Assembly: GCA_051362555.1 (NCBI GenBank)
Contig: CM120644.1
Location: 24,202,534 to 24,266,533, forward strand
DNA from: Lingula anatina
Taxonomy: Eukaryota; Animalia; Brachiopoda
Direction of reading: 5' to 3'
Length of the DNA: 64,000 bases
The notes under the pieces are model-generated. The model did not search any database and was not told the origin of the DNA. It saw nothing but the letters and a program-made list of their open reading frames with translations. This document shows positions 50,910-63,396 of the stretch, piece after piece (position 1 is the first letter of the stretch; each line of letters begins with the position of its first letter). The position numbers were made by a program, and so were the translations under genes.

Positions 50910-53488
50910 AGATGGTTTGAATTAAAAGGTTGTCTGTTTTGCCCTATTTGAATTTGAGGGAAAAAAAAAACATTTAAGCAACTGAGTAAGTAAAGGCCTT
51001 ACACGCTTAGTGTGAGATGCTGCGACAGCTTGGGGCAGAGAAGGACTAAAATGCAGCGTAGGAGGTGTATTGGTATATAAGTTGGGCTTCTGGCACAAAA
51101 TATCAAAGTGGAGTGCAAATCAAAGAAGACAATAATAGTAATAATAATAATAAACAATTCCCAAATCATCATGGTGTTTTCACACACTCATCTCTTTGGA
51201 CAGATGGGGCACGTTTTTCAGACGGCCATGCCAAGAGGCTGATTAGAGAGAGGACATTTAGGAACGTGCATATATTATTTCATGTAAGATAATCTATAAC
51301 CAACTATGTTTTAACATCCATGATATGTTACACTTTTTTATTTAATGTGGGGTTAGCAAATATAGATTACTTATATAGGAGTACCATGACGCTTACATAA
51401 TTATAAACGTTATGGTAATGTTATTGCCGGGAAGATGAATATTTTGAATAAGAAAACCTCTTTTGATATATGACTAGTACCAATATTGCCCAATAGTCAT
51501 GGAACATTGGTCATTGATACTTTATACTAATTAAACATATCCAATTACGTTCTGCATCACATTATATATATTGAGGTGAAGGTGTGTAATGCATAAATGA
51601 GTTTATCTGTATAACTGACCTCATGTAATCTAGAATTTTGGTATGATGATTCCATGTATTATCCATGCAATATGCGTTGTTCAATATATGTTTTTTTAAT
51701 GGCCACATATGGTAAGATTCACACTATATTATCATCTGTTTGCACACTGGACTATTCATTGTTTTGCAAATAAGATGAAAATTATGAAAAATAGTCAATT
51801 TCAGTCAGAGTCAGGAGTCAAAACGGAGGACGAGTAGTTTATGAAATTATTGACATCATAGTAAACACTTTGAAAATTGTGAAATATTTATAAAATATAA
51901 ACATATATTCCGAACACTTTACTAATTTTATCATCAAATAGATTGCAAAGCTGAAAATCTGCGTATCATGAGTTTACTTAGAATCGTTTTAAAACGTACA
52001 TGAAGTCTTTATTTGTTTGCTGAAATATTTCGAAAGGGACTTTTTTTCTTTTTAATGACATGCATCCACTCGTGGAAAAAGCATTACCAAACTGGCCTTC
52101 AGGTTGGAAGCACATGGCTATATCCTACCATGTATAACGGGTAGTAAATTGTGATATGAGAGGTCCACACCCACTGTCAGCCTGGAGATGAAACTGAGCA
52201 CTTGGCTGGTGTATACTTATCACGTGTCCTTTCAGGTTTTATTTTTTTTCAACTTGGCACAAATGTACAACATTTCTGATTTGAAATACATTCGATATTG
52301 CTGAAAAGCATACAAAATAGGGCAGGTATTGTGGCATTCAGTCTACATCATAAATTAACATGCCATGGTTATACGAGACGATAGGAATGATAAACATAAA
52401 GTGACAAAATGGAGGTAAATGCACTGGAAGAAAGAAAATTAAATGTGACACGAACTGATCTTTTCAAAATAACGATAACAGATGTACATAAGGGCTCTGT
52501 CTATGGGTGTATTTGTTTCACTGCTTGGTAGGGATAGAGGGCAAGTATTTAACGTATCGTTTCTGGCATTTTTCCACAAGATCAATTTTCGTCAGAGACA
52601 AGCTATTATCACCACATTCCTCAATCATTGTTCTATAGCCTTAGTTCCATCCCTGCAATTGGAATATGTGCTTTATACAATTTTTGATTTTTTTTCTCAC
52701 CGCCAAATAATTTAACCCTCCATGTCTTTTGACACAAGGGACTTGAATATAATGCCTTTTTTATGTATGAAGTGGGAAATAGTAGTAGATAGCAGGTTGT
52801 GCAGATTTTGGGACATTTTTATAACGCTGATATACAGGTACCTACAGGTTAACGTATGATAGGGTCACAGTAAATAGAGCATACCACACTTTACAACGTT
52901 GACTGTTGAATGAGACTGTGCTGTGCACCTTGTTGTCCTTTTATCTGTTTTTGAGCCTAAGTCAGGAAATCATACAGGTATATTATATGTGCCGTTATAT
53001 GATATCACGTCATGTGAATATCTAGGTGAGTTGATCGTTTACGACAGAGACGCAAGTTGACTTATTGTCACAGTGAAAACGTCGCACTTCGTGGAATCTT
53101 CCAAAGCGCTGTACAGGTAGGTGTTCCTAATGGGAGTGGTTTCCCCTCATTTCAGTAGATTACTTACTGGTACATCACATGAGAGTGCTGATCAACATAT
53201 TTTTTTCCTTTTTAACAATGTTATTTAACTGTTTAAATTCATCAGAGTGAGAATTGAAAGGTCGGTTAGTCAGTCAGGAAAGCATTGAATCACTCGATCT
53301 ACCCAGTACCTCAATGAATTGAACGGTTATTTCAAGTCATTTTGCATGATACCTGTACCTCTCTGTGTACTACTGACCGATTTAGACAAAATTTTCTTCT
53401 AAATCTACAGAAAGCGACGCCTGCCGACATATTTATTCAATCACCGGTTCGTCGCTTTGAGATTACAGTTCCAGAAACCACGTCGACA

Positions 53489-54937
53489 ATGGCAAATAAC
53501 ATTATCCGCCCATTAGGACGTGTGGAAACCAACTGCGCTTTGTTGCATGAAGCAAACGTCAATACAGTTGCTTTTACCACGTGGATCACCTCGAAAAGGG
53601 TGATAACAGATGACGTTTGGGAACAAAGTCTCGGCCAACTGCAAAGAGACATTCCGCATCTTCAACTGGTCATAGTTTGGCAAGAAGGGAAGAGACACTT
53701 CAAGTATATGGACATCCCTCGTGTAGACTTTGAGGCTGTTGAAGCGACGACAGAAGATGACTGGGAAAGGGTCCACGAAGATATGATGCGCGTGTTGTTT
53801 GACACAGCCAATGGTCCGCTTTGGATGGTGAGAGTAGTGCGCATGCCCAAACAAAATACTGACGCAACAATAGTGGGATACGTCGTAAAAGAAAACGGCC
53901 TGTTCACAAGCGTAGTAGTGTTTGGGATCCATCACTCTATCATGGATGGAACCTCAAATCTGATTATGTTACGAAGGCTGATTAATATCCTAAACGCCGC
54001 CACGTCGGGTGTTCCCTGTGAGAATGGCGAAGACGTGATGCTTCAGACAGCATTGGAAGATCTCTTGCCACAACATGAAATGGCATTTAATTGGCGAGAT
54101 TACCTCCAAGTAGCAATTTTAAAGTTTATGGAGTGGTTTCCAAGCAAGAGTCTTTATATGAAGCGATTCCCACCACCGACTGCAGTAGGTGATACGTACA
54201 CAAAAACAGTGGCGGTTGAATTTTCAATCCCAGAAACGGAGAGAATTCTAGCAAAATGTAAGGATCATGGGACAACTGTACATGGCATCTTCTTTGCCGC
54301 TGCATCCATGGCTATTGCCAGTCTTATTAACGATGGTAAACCACCCAGCTATTTAGATATAGGTTCCGTCCATTCTGTTAATATGAGGCGTTTTCTTCCA
54401 GCCGAATTAAACGCTGCTTTTGGCGTTTTGATGTGGATACCTGCTTTCACATTAATAACTCCAACCACTGTCACGTATTCCGCCTTCTGGAACCTTGCAA
54501 AGAATGCAACCCAAGTTGTTCACTCCGCACTTAGAAATGGCGACGTCACGCAGTCTTATAAAATAGCGAAATACATGGGTGACGACATCGTGAGGCGCAT
54601 GCTAGCCAATCCGGATTGTTCATTGGAGTTCATGACGTCCAATATCGGTGATTGCGACAAGTTATGTCCTCCTGGTGAAGAAGACGACGAGGTCCAAGCT
54701 ACAAGAATTGTCACGTCCTCGGCAACACGTAGGTATCCTGCACCTTTTGTACACTTTCTGCACAAATTCCGAGGTCGATTCTGCTACAATCTAGACTACT
54801 GCACCAACAGGGTGAGTGATACGAACGCCAAAAAATACGCTGAGCTGACCGTGGAATTGATGAAAATGGCAGCAGGAGATGAGAGAGACAAATTGACAAT
54901 TAAAAATGAACGTCTTGATTGGTTTTCCCAATTATAA
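53489..54937 (+). CDS. HHxxxDG acyltransferase copy 4, 482 aa, extended C-terminus ending -SQL
   Basis: Intact ORF MANNIIRPLGRVET...HHSIMDG...RLDWFSQL*. Confidence 0.88.
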   Translation: MANNIIRPLGRVETNCALLHEANVNTVAFTTWITSKRVITDDVWEQSLGQLQRDIPHLQLVIVWQEGKRHFKYMDIPRVDFEAVEATTEDDWERVHEDMMRVLFDTANGPLWMVRVVRMPKQNTDATIVGYVVKENGLFTSVVVFGIHHSIMDGTSNLIMLRRLINILNAATSGVPCENGEDVMLQTALEDLLPQHEMAFNWRDYLQVAILKFMEWFPSKSLYMKRFPPPTAVGDTYTKTVAVEFSIPETERILAKCKDHGTTVHGIFFAAASMAIASLINDGKPPSYLDIGSVHSVNMRRFLPAELNAAFGVLMWIPAFTLITPTTVTYSAFWNLAKNATQVVHSALRNGDVTQSYKIAKYMGDDIVRRMLANPDCSLEFMTSNIGDCDKLCPPGEEDDEVQATRIVTSSATRRYPAPFVHFLHKFRGRFCYNLDYCTNRVSDTNAKKYAELTVELMKMAAGDERDKLTIKNERLDWFSQL

Positions 54938-55540
54938 ATTGAAAAAAATATATATACAAATAAATCTTGGGTCACACTGCGCTGGCAACCTTTTGACAAC
55001 TTTTTAGCAACCAAAATATCTGGCGGTTGCCTGCGATCATTTTGTGAGCTGAATGAGAAGCTTTGGCATATTTTGAGCAACCAGTCGCAAACTAGTTGCA
55101 ATAACGTTGGAGAATCCAAGACTTCATTCAACGTATAGGTTACTAGTCGCACACTGTGTGTCGATCGATATACAACCTTTCAGCGGCCACGTGATGATTG
55201 AAGACCGGTTCCAGGACTGAAGCCATTGACTGCCGACTGGTAACCTCAACATACCATAGCCGTACAGGTATGGTGCACATTTTTGACGGTGGCAGCTTTT
55301 ACATCAATTCCCCTCTCAGAACACAAACAAAGAGAAAAACATTTCAGATAGATGGCACCTTCGCAATTTTCTGTGAAACTTGGGATTTGGTCTAGTTTTA
55401 TTACGCCTTTTGATCAATTTACAATTGTAAGCAAACAAACCTTACTATATAGCTACATAACAACTTTTTGTAACAAGCATTGTGATAATGATAGAAAAAA
55501 AAATAATAAATTGAAATATATTTTAATTCTTGTTAATTAA

Positions 55541-57767
55541 AGGATTTGCTTCATACCGTCAGAATGGCCTGAACGGAACATATTCTTCAGAAAACATGCC
55601 CAACTAACGATATCTTTATCCAAATACACAAATTAAAAGCTCATTTTGTAAATTTTCGGCTTTAAAAAACGTCCTTTTTGTTCGGCCTGGGAGTTAATGA
55701 GCTACGTGGTCACGTGGTCCGATGACGACAATCGAGCCACTGGAGAACAGAGCGTGCTTAGCTGTCAAACTGAGCTGCATTGTCTACCTGTAAGATGACT
55801 TCTCTGGCTTCTGATAAAAGTTAATACTCATTCAAATCTCTTACCCGAGGGATCTAAATCCTCATGAAGCTGTGTAAAACCATTCCCGTCTTGTCAATTC
55901 TTTAACGAGCATTTAATTATGGTTATCCCAAGTTGTATAAAACACTGCATTTGAATGAGTAAAGGGTACTGTGGATTATTGCATATGAGGGCCATGTTAT
56001 TTGTGAAATTCAATTAATTTTATTAAACCGCTGACACTCCGTCTTGGATACTTTTCTTAAACTGAGGTAAACGATGCCCGTTACCTTTACAAGTCCCATC
56101 TTAATCATCCATCTAACTGGAACTTCCTTTACCTCTTAATTAGAGGGTTAAATGGCTGGCGATATTTATCTCAGATAAAAATCTACCTGTGCTTTAGTTT
56201 CAAAGAGCAGCTCCCGCAGACCTGGGGGTACTAGATAAAATCTGAACACCGGGTTTATTGAGGAGCTAGAGAAACAAAGGAAGAATTTTTCCTGCACAGC
56301 TTCATAGGAATTTTAGCACGGACTTGATCCAGCTTAGACCTTCTAATTAACAGAGTGACATGGGCAATTTTCAAATACAAAATAAACAAATAATAAAACT
56401 ATATTTCAGTTAGCCTCCTCTTAAATAAATATACCGTTCTGGATAAATTAGAACATTTATTAAATCGACAGAAAATTTTTGACTTAAATGATGATTTTAT
56501 TATTAATGGAAATTAAGCTACTATATGGGGCACATTTGCTGAGATTACGCTGTTCTTGATGTTTTGCGTTAGTCTACATTTTGTTGTGCGTGCTTGGATT
56601 TTTTTAATTTTTTATACTCACGTATGTAAAACTGCACATTTAGTAAACATTCAAGTAATGATTTTTCCCATGCTACTTATAGCAAACAATGCTCTTTTAC
56701 CTTGATCTGCTACATGTTTTTGGGTTTGACAAAGCATACAAATTTGCAAAAAGTTTTGTGTACAGACGCAGAACTTGTATTTCAAGGTATAAAATGATAA
56801 ATCTTTTAAATTATTTTATACTTCAGATGAAATAACATTCAGAAACAAATCCTCAAAGCATAAACGAATTAGGATTACGAACCATTTCAGTACATAAGTT
56901 CCTTTTTTTTTCTTTAATATACCGCTCTTTTTTTCTGTTTGTTCTTCAACACGTTTTCTTCCACGGAAGTAATGCCTGGGCATACGCATGCTTCAAGTTA
57001 CCCTGAGAGCAATTATTTTTATTAATGTTCGCGACGGTGTTTGAACTCAATTGTTTAAATATTGATATTAAACGTCATTTACAAATACCAATAAAATCAC
57101 CCCATGAAATAAATGAGATATTTTGAAAAATATGAAAGCCCACCAAGACGATTTTGATACCTCTTATTACCTGGGTTGGGAAGTGCAGCGGTGCATAATT
57201 AACAGGTTTGTTGTAAACGAGCTTTTGGTCAACTACAATGCATTTAGAATGCATCAGCAATCAGTAAGTTTGCCAACTGATGACAGTTAATCTGAAAGAC
57301 TACCAGCTCTTGATATGATCTAAACCACCTGAGGTGACCATGATCTAGAGCATCGCAACTATTGTCACCGAAGTTAGTAAGTCACGGAAGACCGTCACAG
57401 AAAAAGAAAGATTGTCAACGAGAGCTGCAATTTTGGTGAATCCCACGGCAACACACCGAGGCATAACGAAAATTCCTCAACTCCGTTCAACACAACTTTC
57501 CTTAACTTCTCCGTCTGTATGTACCATGCAGCTCAGTTGAGTCTCATAGACCTTTATCGTGATTGTCGTCACAGTACCACGTGACCCAGATCTGTTGCTT
57601 CGTTTATGCATATTGAGGTGAGGTTTACTAAAACGCTTTTTTACTATTAATAGATTGTTTTTATAATTTTTAAATGGCGGGGAACGATTAAAACATACCT
57701 CTAGTGTATAGATTGAGTGCTGAATCTTCAAAATTCGAGAAATGGATTTTTACATGAAGATTGTCCT
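55541..57767. mobile_element. Second, diverged copy of the Kolobok-like element, 2227 bp
   Basis: TTAA|AGGATTTGCTTCAT...ATGAAGATTGTCCT|TTAA; colinear with 42394-44878 with indels; different flanks. Confidence 0.88.
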
Positions 57768-58938
57768 TTAAGCTTCATACATCCCGTATTGGTATTTCGC
57801 ATAAACACTTGACCTCTTTGGGAATCGCAAGGCCTGTCCTGGTGTCGGTCACACTGAAAAAAAATTGCAGTTTGTCACTATCTCTGGTTGCAAAATGGTC
57901 GGCAATCAGTTGCTTCAACTCGAAAAATAGTACCAAAAGAACACCTGGTAAATCTCTAGTCGTGCCGGTTTTCGGTGCTGAATCGAAAACCTGCAGGCGA
58001 ATTAAAAATGGACTGTTAATCACTATTATGTTTGACAATAAAGTACATTGACTTATTTTCTGTTGACCAACGGTATTGTTGGTTATAGGTATAAAAAAAA
58101 CGTTTCTTTTTTAATTGTATTAAAATGGATGTTCTATCCGTGCTTTCCACTTGTCAAATGTTACTTATTTGGCATACATATACTTGCCAAATGCGATAAC
58201 AATTTTTCAAAACGTTTGACTATTATGAAAATTTTACTCATTTGAACTTACTTTAATTACATGTATAAACAACATTTAGCAACCATTAAGGGTGTAATTA
58301 TTAATTTTGTAATATTTTTTTACAAAGTGATCTAGACAATAAATTGACGTTTGTATTTTTCTCAATTGATTCGTGTAAGAAATGCATTGTCACTCACATA
58401 AAAATTGGCATCGTTTCAGCGAAAAGTGTCTTCTTTTTTGTGTCACGTTTTTGCTTTTTATTCACTTATTACGAATATTGCTTTGCCATGCAGGGGCACA
58501 GTTTAACGGCCGTATAGGAAAGATAGCATTTAAAGACTGGCTGCTGTAACATTATAATACAATGACAAACTGTCACCGTGGGTCAACCGTGTTATACATG
58601 TATCTTCTGACTCTAAAACTCCACAGACTGGAGAGAAACGACCAAACCTGTACATTTATAATTCTACAGAAATAGAGACATTTTTTGCTCTGTTTAATAA
58701 TTACATGAAAACTGTTTGTGGCAAAGAGAGTCACCGGGATATTTGTCATGGATAAGGCTAATATATTATAATAACACAATGAAAATTAACTGAAAAGAAA
58801 GATGTATTTATTAAAGGTGGGGGTATATGATGTATATGTCAATCACACATTAGCTGAGTATGAAATGCAACGCTGTGGGTCTATCAGTTACAGTCAGCTT
58901 CTTTAGCACCAAACAAGGTTTTGATACCAGGAACAAAA

Positions 58939-60769
58939 TTAAAACTTAGAAACTCTGTAGGCCTCAGGGTTACTAGCCATTTTTTCTTTGATCATTTCCG
59001 CCATCCGTTGCATGGCAACATCAATCTGACCAATAGGAATGGTCGAATAGTTAGCCCGCAGATAAGGACTCGGATCGTCACGATTGGGTGTAAATATGCA
59101 TCCAGGAGCCATAGCAATCTTGTGAGACAGTGATTTCTCTTCTATCAGCTTTCTGCTGTCAGGGATTGTCGTCAGCCTTTTGCAAAAATAAAATGCATTT
59201 AAGCAAGAAAACAAACGTTTCAGAAATAAAATCAGTGGTGCGCAGTGATTACGAGAGGCCGTTATTTTAGATTTTGTTGGACATATAAGATGTTCCCTAT
59301 AGTAATCGTGCTGGAAACACATCGTATGGATTAATTGTAAAAGGGGATGTGAACTATAGTGCATGGAAAAACTGCACTTTATAACTTCTGTACTTAAAGA
59401 TAGATAAGACTGCATACTTTTCATTTTAAATGTTGAAAAAAAGGCTAATTTGATAGAAGTTAATTGTACAGGGTAAGATCTATAACCATACACATGTATC
59501 ACCTTATCCATAAGAACATTCCTCCTTGAGGCTCCACGAACTCCGCCAAACCAGTCAACCACCTCTTTGCAGACGACATCATGGCGTTTTTCTGGCGTTC
59601 GTAGAATGCGGAGATCTCCCGCCATCGCTTCTTCGTCCCCTGCTCTCCCCAAGCCTCAAAGATTTTGTGAAGCACCGCCTGAGCGAGGTTGTTGCTGTGT
59701 TCCTGCGAGAAACTCACGTGGGATTGAACCTTTGAAACCAGTAGAGCGGGGCCGCTTAGGATGCCGAGACGTAATCCGGGCGTCATACATGTTGAAAAGG
59801 AATCGGCCCTCAGCACCCTACCATCTGTATCGATGGAAAGAAAACTTGGCTCCAGACGGCCTCCAAACTGAAGAAAATAGTACGGATCATCTTCAACAAT
59901 GAGAAGGTTGTACTCTCGAGCAATCTCGTAGATTTCTCGTTTTCTCTCGAGGGGCAATGTGGCGCCAGAAGGGGTATTGCTGGAAGGAATGACGTACATC
60001 AGTTTAGGGACGTCAGAATGAGGATCGTCTGCGTCCTGGGGTCTCCATTTTGACATGACACTTCGCAGCTCGCCGGGAATCATGCCCTGGGCGTCTCCTT
60101 GAACCCCTAACGGTTCAGCACCGAGCGTGAGGAGATTATCTATGGCGCTGGAGAACGTCGGAATTTCTACCAGGACCTTGTCGCCCTCTTTGACGCACAT
60201 TTCAAGGACTTTAGTATACGCCTCTGCGGCACCGCTTGTCACCATTATTTTAGTTTTGGATTCATCTGCATTTTCTGTAAAGATAACACTAAGAAAAGTA
60301 CTTGTACTTACACACATATCCTTTTTTTATATAATATGTACTTCATTGTGTCTATGTATACCCAGTATATATGGCGTATTATGCATTTGGAATTGTTGCC
60401 CTTTTGGTTGCGTAGGCTAATAAAACCATCCATAGCTAAATACTGGCATGAGCAGTATGTCCAGAGAGATATAGGTTAAGATAAGAGCTACATATATGAC
60501 ACACGTTGTTACAAGCAGAGTGAAATATCACGACTCTTCCTATTGATAATTACAGGAATCACTTTATATTTATCGTCATGCAGTTATACATCTACTGGGT
60601 GAACAGTATGGCATGAAGCCAATAAACGAATTCTCTACCGCACGTCTCTCAAGCAGTGCAAAAACAACGCTCACGAGGGTAGGATGTTGTTCTGTATACT
60701 TCACCTCTCGTACAGTCAGATCGGAAGAAATTTTCTCGGAAACGTTTAACTGTGACGAAACCGAGCGGT

Positions 60770-60816
<47 letters not shown>

Positions 60817-61664
60817 TTTTTCATAAACCTGAAGACTTTTCACAGCTGTATACACATGTGGTACCAGTATGATATTATGCAGCTGCTATATAACCGCCAT
60901 AAAATACAATCTTATTTCCTACAATTTGCGTTATAAAGCTACGTAATATTAACCTCTAACGCATTGTTGCGTAATGTCGCAACCAGCTGCACACTAGGTT
61001 ATTATTGAGGTCAGCAAAAAAAAAAAAATATATATATATATTGACGTCAGCCATATACTCAATAATTGGAAAAACATATCTTACCACAGTCAATAATAGA
61101 ACATAGTGTGTGTTAAACTAACATACCCCAGCAGGGTGGATCATGGTAGGATTTGATAAAACGTTCACACCATTGACGGAATGGAGGGTAGCCTTGAGAG
61201 CTGCTGTATTGCTGGACCTCCTATAATGAAATACAGTATATGATAAATGTGGCTCCTCCCCCCTCTCTCTCTCTCTCTCTCGGTCTCTTTCTCAGCATTC
61301 AGTCTTATTTGCATACAGATGTACATGTATGGTGTAGGATTGCAAGTTATTGAAAAAATGCCAAGGTCGTGTTTGTTAAGTTTACCTGTTTGCAGATAAT
61401 GACACTATGAGAAAGATGTAAAAATAGTAACTGAGAGAGAGAGAGAGAGAGACCTACCGCCATTGTAGATTCGTCCAAGTAAACCTCCTCGCCATCTTTC
61501 AGTTTAAAAGTTCCAGACAGGATGGGAAACAAGGAAGGGTTGGGCAGGCCTCCAGCTAGTGATATCATATCAGGGATATCTTGAACGCTTTCCAGAAGAC
61601 CCGTCAAATAAGATCCAGATTGTCTCCGCATCCCAATGTCGTTCAGAAATCTTCTGTAGTCCAT
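58939..61664 (-). CDS. AADAT: Kynurenine/alpha-aminoadipate aminotransferase (KAT II)-like PLP-fold protein, ~436 aa, catalytic Lys replaced by Thr
   Basis: Exons 61664-61458, 61220-61127, 60274-59503 and 59176-58939 with consistent phases 0/1/2; motifs MDYRRFL, ISLAGGLPNP, QYSSSQG, VTSG, REYNLLIVEDDPYYFLQF, GRVLRADSFS(T), PGLRLG, PQGGMFLW, YLRANYS; AATAAA on the minus strand at 58812-58807. Confidence 0.88.
60769..60818. repeat. (TTTA)n microsatellite, intronic
   Basis: Direct reading. Confidence 0.9.
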
Positions 61665-63396
61665 GTTTGTTTTACAAGTCAGACAGTCTGACTGTAGACT
61701 TTTAGCATGTCATGAGGAACCGGGTATAGGGGATGTCTGTCTACATGAAGAAAGACTTAAGCTTCCGCTTCAACATATCAATCCGCATTCATGTAAATAA
61801 AATGATCCCAGAATGTGGTTAGCATTTAAAAAAAAACTCTCTTCACTTGGATTCGACATTTAATTGAACGTATAAAGGTTGATTTAGGACTGGTCGGTCA
61901 TTATAACCAGCGGACATCTTCCTTAACTCCGATGAAATATCGACATAAGTTACGCTCCAAAATACTTAAGGTTATATGTGGATTGCAAAATTATGTTTTT
62001 GTGGGATTTTTAAACCCATGCTGTGTGCCATTAGGTGAACTTGTACTCGCTGTAGCTACATGTTCTATATTCCTGGTCCTTGTCTTCATCATCTCAACAA
62101 CTATGTTGGCACTTTTTCTCGGTTTGTATTCCTTTTGAGGACATTACTCTTTCTCTTCTTAGGAAAATGCACAAGTTGTTATTGTTTAACTCTTACTTAT
62201 TTAATTCAAATATACAGGATCCATACAGCGGTCTATGATGACTCTTCTATAGGCAGAATTTTTAAATAGTTTATCTAAGTCACCACGTGTGACCCGTCAC
62301 ATTAAATCGACAAAGTAAACGTGACAGGCATTGCGCGAATGTTGTAAAAAAAAAAAAAATAAAATAAAAAAAAAGAAACATTTCGTGCACACTGTTAAGT
62401 TAAGGAGAATGAACGTTTAAAACGTAAATTTCTCGTGCAACAAATCATTATGATGGTATATACGGAGCGATTTGACTTACGCCGAAAATTAATTGTTAAT
62501 GTTTCTGGAATAAACCCGAACTCTTCGTCAATTTTACTGGCACAGTACTATACCGGGTACAACTACAAACACTTCTACCACCATTCATTTGTTAGTCAGT
62601 GGGTCTGTCCTTGCTGCGAATTTCGTTATGTTTGAGTGTTTCACTAAAAGACATGACCACATAATAAAAGGGAGCAACTTAAAGATGCATACAAAGTCAA
62701 TTTTTTGTCACAGAAACCAACCAAATGCCAGCATATAGTTTCAAGTAGTATAACTAAGAGAATTACCAAAATGCATTGTATAATTTTACCCGAAAATGAT
62801 GTTTGAACGGATTTTTCTGCTGGCATTCTAAGCTGTATGTCAATGGGGCAGGAAAGTAGGTCACGAAAGTAGGTTAAATTTACAACCATAAATTTAAAGA
62901 AAGGAGCAGTCTAAAGGTCTTTTATGGCTCATCGAGTGATCTATTCAGTTTTTCCCTTGGCATGTCGAATTTATTTGAGTCATATAAGAATCTAGTAGAA
63001 GCGGTTTACATGTGTTACTGGGAATCCAGGCTCCACCGATGCTCGGTTCGTATGTACCTTTAAAGCTTAGGTTTATCTCAGGTGAATAAAGCAATTGTGA
63101 ATTTCTTGAAAGGTCAACCAAGTTATATGTCCAAAAGTCAACCTGATTGCACAGCGCGTTGGGGTAGAACGATGTTGCACTCAGCAACGTGCTGATGCAT
63201 GAGGTATGTGGAATTTGTAGTTAAAACATGTGCAAATGGTCTTTGTTATTGTTTAAAAGGTCTAGAGAGCTGTGTTTTAAGTGCAAATGAATATGTAAAT
63301 GTTCCACACAGACGCACACAGCATCATGACCCGTTTCTCGTGACTTGCATTGCTTAAAGTCTGCAGTTAGAACAGCTGACTTGAAGAAGAACAAAA

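Noticed and set aside
34920-54937. NRPS assembly line or bacterial contaminant
   Set aside because: No adenylation or carrier domain is seen; the genes are separate and interleaved with LINEs, microsatellites and spliced UTR exons.
54968-55160. GCAACC/GGTTGC-rich tract after GGGTCACAC, possibly a Harbinger-type MITE remnant
   Set aside because: No matching second end or TSD could be defined.
58939-59652. 237-aa minus-strand ORF as an independent gene
   Set aside because: Only its last 78 codons are the AADAT-like final exon; the rest is intron and off-frame exon 3.
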